NCBI GenBank assembly: GCA_963809895.1
Contig: CAWELD010000010.1
Location: 128,001 to 192,000 of the forward strand
Source of the DNA: an uncultured Gemmatimonadales bacterium
Lineage (GTDB): Bacteria > Gemmatimonadota > Gemmatimonadetes > Longimicrobiales > Gaopeijiaceae
DNA length: 64,000 nt
Reading direction: 5' to 3'
The position numbers and the translations under genes are program-made. Each line of letters begins with the position of its first letter. The stretch's first letter is position 1. The notes beneath the pieces are model-generated. The model searched no databases. It was given only the letters and a program-made list of their open reading frames with translations, and was not told the origin of the DNA. Of the stretch, positions 28,893-39,060 are shown one piece after another.

Positions 28893-31305
28893 TCAGCCTC
28901 CCGGGATCGGGCACAGGCCGCCGTCGTCCATGCAGCCGGGCTTCGAGATGGTGCGCTCGAAGAGCTGGAAGATGCGGCGGTATTCGTCGGTCCACGACGT
29001 GGGCTCCACGAAGCCGTGGCTCTCCACCGGATACGCGGTCATGGACCAGTTCTCCTTGCCCAGCTCGATGAGGCGCTGCGTCAGTCGCACCACGTCGGAG
29101 AAGTGGACGTTGGTGTCCACCATCCCGTGCAGGATCAGCAGGCGCTGGTCCGGGCGCAGGTTCTGGGCGAAGTAGATGGGCGAGGACTTCTCGTACGCCT
29201 CCGGATCTTCCTGGGGCGTGTTGAGGATGTCGCTGGTGTAGCCGTGGTTGTAATGGGCCCAGTCGGTGACCGAGCGCAGGGCGGCGCCGGCGCGGAAGGT
29301 GTCGTCGGCGGTGAACATGGCCATGAGCGTCATGAAGCCGCCGTACGAGCCGCCGTACATGCCGATGCGGCGGGCGTCGATGCCCTCGTTGGCCACCAGC
29401 CAGTGAGCGCCGTCCACCTGATCGCTCAGGTCCTTGCCGCCCATCCAACGGTAGATCGCCGTGCGCCAGTCACGGCCGTAGCCCGCCGAGCCCCGGTAGT
29501 CGATGTCCAGCACCGTGTAGCCCTGGGCGGCCAGCAGGTGGTTGAACATGTACTCGTGGGAATAGCTCGACCAGTAGTTGTGGACGTTGTGCAGGTAGCC
29601 GGCGCCGTGCACGAAGATCACCGCCGCGCCGTTGGGCTGGCCGCCCACGTCGCCGGGCCGGTAGATGCGCGCCGGCACCATGGTGCCGTCCTCGGCCTGG
29701 AAGCGGATGATCTCGGGCTTGATCCAGTCGTACGACAGCCACTCGTCGGTGGGCGAGTGGGTGATCTGAGCCATGTCGTCCACGTCGTCGGTATCGGCCA
29801 GGTACAACTCCGGCGGACGGTTCGCCACCGAGTGGATCACGGCGACCCGCTCGGCATCGGGCGACAGGGTGGCGTCGTAGGCGCCTTCGGCCTCGCTCAG
29901 GTACTCGCGGTTGCCACCGTCGAAGTCCATCCAGCCCACGTGCTGGTTGAAGGGCGAACCCTCGTTGGTGGTGATGAAGAAGCGGTCCTGGCCCTCGGGG
30001 ATCTGCACGCCCAGGAGCTCCCAGTTTCCGGAGGTGAGGGCCTGCTTGCCGGTGCCGTCGGCGTTCACGCGGTACAGATGGGCGTAGCCCGTCTCCTCAC
30101 TGGCGTAGTAGGCCGTGCTGGTGCCCGGCAGCCAGCCCTCGCAGCCGAACCCGCAGGGACCACCCACCCACGCCTCGTCATGAAGGCGATCGAGGAGCGT
30201 GAGGTCGCCGGTGGCCGCGTCCAGGGAGAACAGGAACCAGTCCTTGTTGTCGTCGGAGCGCGAGTAGATCAGCGCGTGCTGGCCCGCGTCGTCCCAGCCC
30301 CGCGAGAAGGCGCTCACGTCGCCCTCGTAGCCTTCCGGGCGCGGGTCCAGCCAGGTGACCTCGCCGGTCTCGGTGCGCAGGAAGCCCAGTCGAGAGCTGC
30401 CCTGGGCGTCACCGACCTTGGTGCGGCCGTTGGAGGCCTCGGTGTAGCCCGACTCGGTGATCCAGCGGGGGATGTCGGGTTGGCGCGTGTCACGGGCCGG
30501 CTCCGAGGTGCCCACCATCACGTAGCGGCCGTCGCGGGTGGCGTCGAGCTGCCCCAGCCGCTCGCCGTTGGGGATGTACAGCGGCTCGGGCTCGCCCTCC
30601 TGCGCGCGCTCCCGCCGGGCCCGGGCCGAATCCTGCTCGGCCTTGATCCGGCGCACGTGCTCGAAGAGCTCCAGCTGCTGGTCCTCCAGGAACTTGCGCT
30701 GCCCCTCGGCCTCCTGGGGCTCGCGCGGGGCCGAGCCGGAGCGGATGTCGGTGAGCTGCTTCACCGAGCCGTCTTCCAGCGTCATCTCGAAGAGGTTGTC
30801 GCCCTGCCGGTACTGGACACCCTGGCCGTCGGCCGTGAACCGGGCCGCGACCTCGGCGTCGCGGGTGTCGGTGAGCCGGCGTACCTCCAGGGTGCGCCGA
30901 TTCACCAGGCGCAGATCGCCGCCCATGGAGGTCACGCGCCAGCGGCGGTCCTGCGACAGGTCGCCTCCGGCGATCAGGATGCTCACCGAATCCATCTCGC
31001 TCTCGGGGACCACCTCGGGCTCGCCGCCCCTGGCGGGCACCCGGTAGAGCTCCCGGTCGGCGTTCCACTCGTGGCCCCCGGGGAGCCAGCGGAAGTAGAC
31101 CCAGCGGCCGTCGTCGGTGAACGACACCCCGCCGGGCTGCTGCCCCACCAGCTCCGACCCCCGCATGATGTTGCGGATGGAGAGGTCGAAGGGCTGACTT
31201 CGGGCCGGCGGGGGCTGATAGTCCGCCAACTGTCCCGCCGCCGCCGCGGGCACCAGCGAGGGCCGCCAGGGCGAGCCAGGAAATGCTCTGCCGCGTCATC
31301 CGCAT
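28893..31305 (-). CDS. S9 family (DPP IV-like) prolyl oligopeptidase; frameshift in the signal peptide near 31257
   Basis: GGSYGG nucleophile, HGMVDTNV, ESHGF; GAAAGGAG RBS before MRMTRQSISWLALAAL, which is in a different frame from the gene body. Confidence 0.9.
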
Positions 31306-31408
31306 CTTCCATCTCCTTTCGGGAGCCTGTCCGTGTCGTGGGGCGGGCCGCCAGGGGTCCGCCGGATGCTGACCAACCGGGGCATCATGGGGCGCGGAGA
31401 GCCGCCGT

Positions 31409-32494
<1,086 letters not shown>

Positions 32495-32674
32495 GTGCGC
32501 GTCTTCCCCCCTGCGGTCGGTGCATGATCCGTCGTGCAGCCTGGCGAGTGCCCCGAATGTAAGGCGCAGCGGCGACGGGTCCCAGGCGTCGCCCCGGGCT
32601 CGCCCCGCATCTTTACCCTCGCGGCGCCGCTGCTACATTGGACCTTCTCCCTCATCCAGCTGTGGAGGCGCCGC

Positions 32675-33817
32675 GTGTCCGAGAACCCCTTCCCCGGGCC
32701 CATCGATCCGGTGGTGGCCCTGTTGGGGAACGTCGAGCTGTTCCGGGGGCTTCCCGAAGAGGACGTGAGGCGGCTCGCCGTCCTGGGCCGCCGACAGCGG
32801 GCAGCCGCGGGCCAGACGCTGGTCGAGGCCGGCGGACCCGCCACGCACTGCTTCGTGGTGGGCGACGGTGCGGTGGAGGTGTCGGAGGCGGGTGCGCCGC
32901 CCCGCGTTCTGGGTCGCGGTGAGGTCTTCGGCCAGGAGGCGCTGATCGCCGGCGGCGTGGCGACCTGCACGGCCCGCGTCCGGGACGCCGCTGAAGTCGT
33001 GGCGATCCCCGGAGAGGACGTACGTCGGCTCCTTCTGCCCGACTCGCTGGCGACGCGCATCCTGCGGCTCGCCGGCCAGCGCCAGCAGGACCCGGCCTCG
33101 GCTTCCCAGGCCCCACCTGCGGGCGCCGACGACACGACCGCCGTGAGTCGACGCATCCAGCGTGGCATGGTGCCGCGGAACGCGCCTCGCCTCGAGGGTT
33201 ACGACATCGCCGCCGGCACGACCGCCGAGGAGCACGGCCGTGGCAATACCGTGTGGGACGCCGTGCAGTTGGCGGACGACCGCACCGCCTTGGTGGTCAT
33301 GGACGTGCGCTCCGACGGGCTGCCGCCGGCGCACCTGCTGGGCATGACCCGGGCCGCGCTACGCGCCGCCGCGCCCGACGCCTCGGGACCGGGCGAGCTG
33401 CTGGCGCGGGCCAACGCGTCGCTGGCGACGGTGATGGCGGACACGACCAACCAGTTCGTGGAGTGCGCGCTGGTGGTGCCGGGCGCCGATGGCGTGGATT
33501 GGGCCGCGGCCGGGCGCATCCCGGCCGGGGTGCTGGGGCGGGGCGGGACGCTGGAGATGCTCTCCGCCCACGGCCCGCCGCTGGGCATGCTGGAGGGATT
33601 CCGCTACGGCAGCGAGGTGACCCCCCTCGGCGTGGGAGACGCGTTGCTGGTGCTGTCGACGGCCTCGGCGGGGCTGTTCCGAGGCGCCGCGGACCTGGTG
33701 GTCCAGGTCCAGGAGAAGACGGCGGGCGATGTCGTGGCCACGGTACACCGCGGCCTTCGTCGCGCCCAGGGCGAGACACCCCCGGAGGTGTCGGTCCTGT
33801 ATCTCAGGAAACACTGA
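32675..33817 (+). CDS. Cyclic-nucleotide-binding domain plus degenerate SpoIIE/PP2C phosphatase domain
   Basis: LGRGEVFGQEAL (cNMP); RRIQRGMVP, VVMDVRSDG, GPPLGMLEG (SpoIIE-like). Confidence 0.8.
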   Translation: MSENPFPGPIDPVVALLGNVELFRGLPEEDVRRLAVLGRRQRAAAGQTLVEAGGPATHCFVVGDGAVEVSEAGAPPRVLGRGEVFGQEALIAGGVATCTARVRDAAEVVAIPGEDVRRLLLPDSLATRILRLAGQRQQDPASASQAPPAGADDTTAVSRRIQRGMVPRNAPRLEGYDIAAGTTAEEHGRGNTVWDAVQLADDRTALVVMDVRSDGLPPAHLLGMTRAALRAAAPDASGPGELLARANASLATVMADTTNQFVECALVVPGADGVDWAAAGRIPAGVLGRGGTLEMLSAHGPPLGMLEGFRYGSEVTPLGVGDALLVLSTASAGLFRGAADLVVQVQEKTAGDVVATVHRGLRRAQGETPPEVSVLYLRKH

Positions 33818-33832
33818 GCAGTGGGAGCAGAG

Positions 33833-34132
33833 ATGGCGATCACGGAGAAGGACATCCGCAGCGCCCTCAAGACGGTCAAGGACCCGGAGCTGAACCTGGA
33901 CCTGGTTGTCCTCGGCCTGGTCTACGACATCGAGGTGGAGGGTGGCGACGTCAACGCCACCATCTCGCTCACCTCGCCCATGTGCCCGGTGGCGGGGCAG
34001 ATCGTGGAAGACGCCCGCACCGCCATTCTGGGCGTGGAGGGCGTCGAGTCGGCCGAGGTCAATCTGACCTTCGATCCGCCGTGGACGCCGGAGCGCATGA
34101 GCCCGCTCATCCGCTCGTCGCTGGGGCTCTGA
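33833..34132 (+). CDS. DUF59 / SufT-like metal-sulfur cluster assembly protein
   Basis: VKDPELNLDLVVLGLVY, LTSPMCP, FDPPWTPERM. Confidence 0.9.
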   Translation: MAITEKDIRSALKTVKDPELNLDLVVLGLVYDIEVEGGDVNATISLTSPMCPVAGQIVEDARTAILGVEGVESAEVNLTFDPPWTPERMSPLIRSSLGL

Positions 34133-34180
34133 GCCCGAGCCCCGCGAAGAGAACGAACCCCTCCCGAGGAGACGCAGCGC

Positions 34181-35134
34181 ATGCCCCCGTTCACCGACGA
34201 CGAGCTCAAGGCCAAGGTCCAGGACGGCTACATCGTCGAGTCCGTGGAGGAGATGACCGAGGGGTACCGCAAGGCCCTCATCGTCCAGCTCACGGTCCAG
34301 GCCGACACCGAGCTCATCAGCGCCCCCGCCTACTGGAACGCGGCACGGCACGCGCCGTCCACCAACACACAGGTGTCGGCGCACGCCATCATCCAGGACG
34401 AGTTGGCCCACGCCAACATCGCCTACCGGCTGCTCGAGGACCTGGGCGTCTCCAAGGAGAAGCTGGTCTACGACCGGGCTCCCCACGAGTTCAAGCACCC
34501 CTACGGCTTCGATCAGCCGTTGGACAACTGGGCCGAGCTGGTGGTGGCCAACGGTTTCTTCGACCGTGCCGGCATCACGCTCCTGTCCGACGTCTACCGG
34601 AACACCTCCTACGGGCCCCTCAAGCGGGCGCTGGTGAAGGTGGACATGGAGGAGACCTTCCACCTGCGTCACGGCGAGGTCTGGATGCGCCGCCTCGCCA
34701 AGGCGGGGGGCGAGCCCCGGGACATGGTGCAGCGCGCGGTGGACTGGATGTTCCCCATGACGCTGGAGTGGTTCGGCCTGCCCGACGACATGAAGCGCCA
34801 CAGTGGTCAGCTCGACTACCGCCTCAAGGGGCTGACCAACGATCAGCTCCGTCAGGTGTGGATGGCGTCGACGGTGCCGCTGTGCGAGACGCTGGGTCTG
34901 GACGCCCCCGCCCACTACGACGAGGCGTCCGAGTCCTACGTACTGGACTACCCCTTCCCCTGCGAGTACGACGCCGAGGCGAAGCACTGGGACTTCGACG
35001 GCGGTGAGATCTCCTGGGACCAGGTCTTCGAGCGCTGGAAGGCGCGGGGCCCCATGAACGAGGCGTACGTGGAGTCGGTGCGCCGCTCCCGGCGGCAGGT
35101 CGAGGCCTGGTTGAACGGGGACGCGGCGGCGTGA
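34181..35134 (+). CDS. PaaA-like ferritin-fold diiron oxygenase subunit (divergent)
   Basis: YRKALIVQL..ADTE, QDELAH, FFDRAG, YGPLKRAL, EETFHLRHG, EWFGLPD. Confidence 0.85.
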   Translation: MPPFTDDELKAKVQDGYIVESVEEMTEGYRKALIVQLTVQADTELISAPAYWNAARHAPSTNTQVSAHAIIQDELAHANIAYRLLEDLGVSKEKLVYDRAPHEFKHPYGFDQPLDNWAELVVANGFFDRAGITLLSDVYRNTSYGPLKRALVKVDMEETFHLRHGEVWMRRLAKAGGEPRDMVQRAVDWMFPMTLEWFGLPDDMKRHSGQLDYRLKGLTNDQLRQVWMASTVPLCETLGLDAPAHYDEASESYVLDYPFPCEYDAEAKHWDFDGGEISWDQVFERWKARGPMNEAYVESVRRSRRQVEAWLNGDAAA

Positions 35135-35562
35135 GCACGGGTCTGCCGGTGGTGGGTCCGGGCCTCGATGTGGGCCTGCCCGCCCACGTATCGGTCCACA
35201 AGAGCGGGGGTCGCGATCGCTGGTCCGAGCCCAGGGCGGTGCCGCCCGCCGATCCCGTCGAGGGAGTCGAGGCGTGTTTGCGCGAGGTTCTGGACCCCGA
35301 GATCCCCATCAGCCTGATCGACCTGGGGCTGATCTACGGTGTCTCGGTGCCAGACGGGGTGGCCCACGTGGAGCTGACCTTCACGGCCACCGCCTGTCCC
35401 TGCATGGAGTTCATCCTGGAAGACGTCCGCGACCGGCTGGAGCGCGAGCCCTGGCTCCGGGGCGTCGAGATCCACGAGGTCTGGGATCCTCCCTGGACCA
35501 CCGAGCGCATCACCCCTCGAGGACGCGACCTGCTCCGGCGCCTCGGCGTCGGCGTGGGGTGA
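35131..35562 (+). CDS. PaaD-like DUF59 domain (N-terminal half only)
   Basis: VLDPEIPISLIDLGLIY, TATACPCM, WDPPWTTERIT..GR; no zinc ribbon. Confidence 0.85.
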   Translation: MSTGLPVVGPGLDVGLPAHVSVHKSGGRDRWSEPRAVPPADPVEGVEACLREVLDPEIPISLIDLGLIYGVSVPDGVAHVELTFTATACPCMEFILEDVRDRLEREPWLRGVEIHEVWDPPWTTERITPRGRDLLRRLGVGVG

Positions 35563-35596
35563 GTCCGCGACGCCCCCACCCGATGGAACGGAAGCC

Positions 35597-35818
35597 ATGA
35601 AGGAGAAGGTCTACGACGTGTTCGCCCGCAAGGAGCGAGGGGAGCCGTTGCAGCACATCGGCTACGTGGACGCCATGGACGACGAGCTGGCGCGGGTGTA
35701 CGCCTGGCGTACCTACGACGAGCAGAACTGGTTCGAGATGTGCGTCGTGCCCCGGTCGGCCATCATCGCCGTGAACCGTGACGACGGGCCCTTCGCCCGC
35801 AAGGGAGGTGCGTCGTGA
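35597..35818 (+). CDS. PaaB-like small subunit
   Basis: YDVFARKERGEPLQHIGYVDA..ELA..A..Y..VVPRSAI matches the PaaB pattern. Confidence 0.78.
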   Translation: MKEKVYDVFARKERGEPLQHIGYVDAMDDELARVYAWRTYDEQNWFEMCVVPRSAIIAVNRDDGPFARKGGAS

Positions 35819-36606
35819 ACGACGCCGTTCTGCCTACCGAGCTGCCCGACGACCTGCGGACCGCGCTGCGGCGCCAGGTGCTGACGCTGGCCGACAGCAA
35901 GCGCCTCATGGGGATCCGCTATTCCGACTGGCTCCTGGGGGCACCGTCCATCGAGACCGGCATCGCGGCCTCGGGCATGGCCCAGGACGAGTGGGGGCAC
36001 GCCCGTCTCCTGTACGCCATGCTCAAGGACTTCGACGAGGACCCAGGACCCGTCGAGCAGGATCGGGCTGCCGAGGCCTACGCCTCCGTGGATCCCCTGG
36101 ACGAGGCCCAGGAGGACTGGGCCGCGCTGGTGGCGGCCATGGTGGTCGTGGACGGCGCGCTGACGGTGGCCCTCGAAGGGTTCGGCGAGAGCGGCTTCGA
36201 GAGCGCCCGCACCCGGATTCCCAAGATGCTGTCGGAAGAGGAATTCCACCGGGATCTGGCGCTGGCCTGGCTCCGGCGCCTCGTGGCGGGAACCGATGAA
36301 GCCCGCGCGCGCGTCGTCGAGGCCCTGCGGGCCTGCCTGCCGCGTACCCTGGCGTGGCTGGCGCCCGCCGACGAGCCGTTCCGGGCCCTGGTGGAGGCCG
36401 ACCTGATGCCCGACGGCGCGGAGCTGCTGCGGCGCTTCGAGGCCCGCTACGGAGCCGCGCTGGCGGCGGCCGGTGTGCCCTTGAACGAAGTGGCGTCGGA
36501 GCGTGGGCAGTGGGACGCCGCCCGCGGACGTGGTCCGGGCCATCCTTCGGAAGAAGCGGTTCAACGGGCCCGGGGTGACCTCAACCGCGCGCTCTTCGTG
36601 GAATGA
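35815..36606 (+). CDS. PaaC-like ferritin-fold subunit
   Basis: LADSKRLMG..WLLGAPSIE..IA..QDEWGHARLLY, EEEFH..WLRRL. Confidence 0.82.
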   Translation: MNDAVLPTELPDDLRTALRRQVLTLADSKRLMGIRYSDWLLGAPSIETGIAASGMAQDEWGHARLLYAMLKDFDEDPGPVEQDRAAEAYASVDPLDEAQEDWAALVAAMVVVDGALTVALEGFGESGFESARTRIPKMLSEEEFHRDLALAWLRRLVAGTDEARARVVEALRACLPRTLAWLAPADEPFRALVEADLMPDGAELLRRFEARYGAALAAAGVPLNEVASERGQWDAARGRGPGHPSEEAVQRARGDLNRALFVE

Positions 36607-36815
36607 GCCGAGAGATCGGGGGCCTGCCGGAGCATCCCCCGTGCCCCTTCTGCGAGGGCACGGACACCGAGCTCCTGAACGCCTTCGGCTCGCACGCGTC
36701 GGTCTCCACCTACTGGTGCCGGGCCTGCCGAAGCCCCTTCGAGCTACTCAAATGGCGCGCCGCGACGTCTTCGCCGGCGGCGGCCGAACCCGAGCCGGAG
36801 CGTGACGACCGGTGA
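36603..36815 (+). CDS. Stand-alone PaaD C-terminal zinc-ribbon domain
   Basis: CPFCEGTDTELLNAFGS..YWCRACRSPFELLK; ATGA overlap. Confidence 0.82.
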   Translation: MSREIGGLPEHPPCPFCEGTDTELLNAFGSHASVSTYWCRACRSPFELLKWRAATSSPAAAEPEPERDDR

Positions 36816-37171
36816 GCGATCGCCTGACGGAGTTTCGCACCTTCCGCGAGCGCATGAACGCCCGCATCCTCGACGCCGGCAACCTGGAGTTGAAGCGCTT
36901 CTTCGCCTTGGACGGCCGCGTCTACGAAGACGGAGCGCTCCCGGCGCGCACCAAGGAGCTGCTCGGTCTGGTGGCGTCGCTGGTGCTGCGTTGCGACGAC
37001 TGCGTGGCCTACCACCTCATCCGCTGTAAGGAAGAGGGGGTCAGTGACGAAGAGATCTTCGAATCTCTTTCCGTGGCGTTGGTGGTGGGAGGGTCGATCG
37101 CCATCCCCCACCTCCGTCGGGCCGTGGCCTTCATGGACGAGCTGGCCGGAGGCGACGACGCGGGGGGATGA
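36812..37171 (+). CDS. Carboxymuconolactone decarboxylase / AhpD family protein with CxxC
   Basis: DGALPARTKELLGLVASLVLRCDDCVAYH; GTGA overlap. Confidence 0.9.
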   Translation: MSDRLTEFRTFRERMNARILDAGNLELKRFFALDGRVYEDGALPARTKELLGLVASLVLRCDDCVAYHLIRCKEEGVSDEEIFESLSVALVVGGSIAIPHLRRAVAFMDELAGGDDAGG

Positions 37172-37187
37172 GGTCCGGAGCGAGACC

Positions 37188-37769
37188 TCAGGCGGCGACG
37201 AGCTCCACGTCCTCCAGGAAGTCCTTGAGGGGGTTCGCCACTGCCACGGCCCGATCGCGCACGGCGCGGGCCAGCGCCTCGTTGGGATCGTCTCGGCCGG
37301 TCAGGTGCCGGACCACGGCGCGTCCCAGTCGGGCGTCGGAGCGGGCGGCGGCCTGATGGTACTCGGCGTACCGGGCACCCACCCGTTGCTCGAACAGGGG
37401 AAGCTGACTGCGCGGAGTGCCGTTCTTGACCATATCCTCGAAGACCGCCCGATGCATGGCGTCCAGCCCCTCACGCAGGAGCTCGTCGGGAGCGCGCCCG
37501 ACGAACGCGAGCTGGGCTCCACGGGTATGTCCCCACATCAGGAAGATGAGTGCTTCTTCCGTGGCATGGGGTCCGGGGATGCCGTCCTCGGTCTCGACAC
37601 CGAGCTCCTCGAGGGGAATCTCGGCGTCTCCCTGGGCGATGAAGTCGCTGAAGCTTTCCCAGACGAGGTGGGCGAGGGTATCCCCCAACTGCTCGGGGGT
37701 CATGGTCCGCGGCGCGCGGAACTCGTCCATCGGTGCTCCGCTTTCGACAGTCTTCGTATCCATAGGCAT
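37188..37769 (-). CDS. Hypothetical protein (helical, acidic)
   Basis: Protein-like composition; fills the intergenic space; exact start uncertain. Confidence 0.65.
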   Translation of the reverse strand: MPMDTKTVESGAPMDEFRAPRTMTPEQLGDTLAHLVWESFSDFIAQGDAEIPLEELGVETEDGIPGPHATEEALIFLMWGHTRGAQLAFVGRAPDELLREGLDAMHRAVFEDMVKNGTPRSQLPLFEQRVGARYAEYHQAAARSDARLGRAVVRHLTGRDDPNEALARAVRDRAVAVANPLKDFLEDVELVAA

Positions 37770-37895
37770 CAGTCGTCTTTTTCTTGAAGAACCCTTCCAA
37801 TTCCAACCCGAGAGCGGGGGGTGTCAAGCATTGCGGTGGATCTCAAGGTGGAACGCCGCAAAGCTCGTGCCTCACGAATCGCGGGGAGAGGAGCG

Positions 37896-38579
37896 ATGAG
37901 CATGAAGTCGATCCGGCCTGTCGTGGTCCTGGGGTCCATGCTGGCGGTGGCCGCGTGCGCCAGCGGTCCCGTAGAGCTGCCCGAGCCTCGGCCGCTGGTG
38001 CTGCATTCCGGTGCGCGCCTGAGCGTCGACGACACCGAGCGGCTGCGGGCGATCTACGACACGCTCAACCGTGAGCAGGAGAACATCGTCCAGGATCCGT
38101 CGTTTTTCATCAACGCCGTCCCGGAGGCCCGGGACGTCTACCCGTGGGAGACGCTGGAGATCTCCGGCGACACGGCCAACCTCTCCTTTCAGCGCACGGC
38201 TCCCGACATCCGGCCCATGTACGAGGTTTACGCCCATCTCCACTTGATGGCGCGCATGGGCCGGCTCGACGAGTGGCTTCCCGAAGCCCCCGACGCCACC
38301 GGCTGGGAGCTGGAGCGGGCCATCGTGGCTCGCGTGGCCGACGACTGGCTGCTGGGGCGGGCCGTCTTCGACCTGACTCCCTACCTCCTCCTGGATCGCC
38401 TGATCTACGCGAAGGAGGACGGGCAGCTCGACGCACTCCTCCTGACGCTGCGGGCCGACGAATTCCCGGAGGCGCGCAAGGCCTGGCTCGACGCCAATCC
38501 GGGCGCCGATCAGGAGTTCCGCGACTGGTACCGCAAGACCTTCGAAGGAGACCCGCCCGAGCCACCGGGAGGAGGCTGA
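37896..38579 (+). CDS. Hypothetical lipoprotein
   Basis: GAGGAG RBS; lipobox VAAC. Confidence 0.75.
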   Translation: MSMKSIRPVVVLGSMLAVAACASGPVELPEPRPLVLHSGARLSVDDTERLRAIYDTLNREQENIVQDPSFFINAVPEARDVYPWETLEISGDTANLSFQRTAPDIRPMYEVYAHLHLMARMGRLDEWLPEAPDATGWELERAIVARVADDWLLGRAVFDLTPYLLLDRLIYAKEDGQLDALLLTLRADEFPEARKAWLDANPGADQEFRDWYRKTFEGDPPEPPGGG

Positions 38580-38595
38580 TCCCGAGATCGTCGGC

Positions 38596-38910
38596 TCAGG
38601 CGAAGCTCACCTGCCACTGAAGGCCCACCGCCGGCGCGTCGGCATCTTCCTGCATCACGTGCAGGTCGACGCGCCCGGTGCGGCTCAGGCGCTCGTCGCT
38701 GGGGCGTCCTCCGAACGAAGGAAATCCCTCCACCTTCATGTAGTGCTCGTCGCCCTCGGGCGACACCGCGCGCAGGCGGGCCCCCTTGAGGGAGCGCACC
38801 GAGGGTGCGTCGCCGTCGACGAGGCGAAGGCGGAGGATGCGGCCCCCGTGAGGGCCGTCCAGGGCGTCCAGGACCTTGAAGGTCGTGGACCGGGTCTGCT
38901 GCGTGGCCAT
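38596..38910 (-). CDS. Hypothetical small beta-rich protein
   Basis: Protein-like composition; no recognised motif. Confidence 0.6.
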   Translation of the reverse strand: MATQQTRSTTFKVLDALDGPHGGRILRLRLVDGDAPSVRSLKGARLRAVSPEGDEHYMKVEGFPSFGGRPSDERLSRTGRVDLHVMQEDADAPAVGLQWQVSFA

Positions 38911-39060
38911 GGATCTCGGGGTAGACTGTCTCCGTGCGTTGTCGCCGCACACCAGAGACACTCGGTGGTCATCGTCGCTCGGCGGCGGCGCGACCAGGTC
39001 GGCGTCGCCGCGGCTACACTAGGAAGCACGCCTACCCCCGTCAACGGAGCGCAGTTTCAG

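Noticed and set aside
9484..31260. Programmed ribosomal frameshifting or true pseudogenes
   Set aside because: No slippery heptamers seen at the breaks, unrelated gene families affected, and no other decay
34181..36606. Assigning formal paaA/paaB/paaC gene symbols
   Set aside because: Homology is clear, but divergence and missing pathway genes leave the substrate unproven
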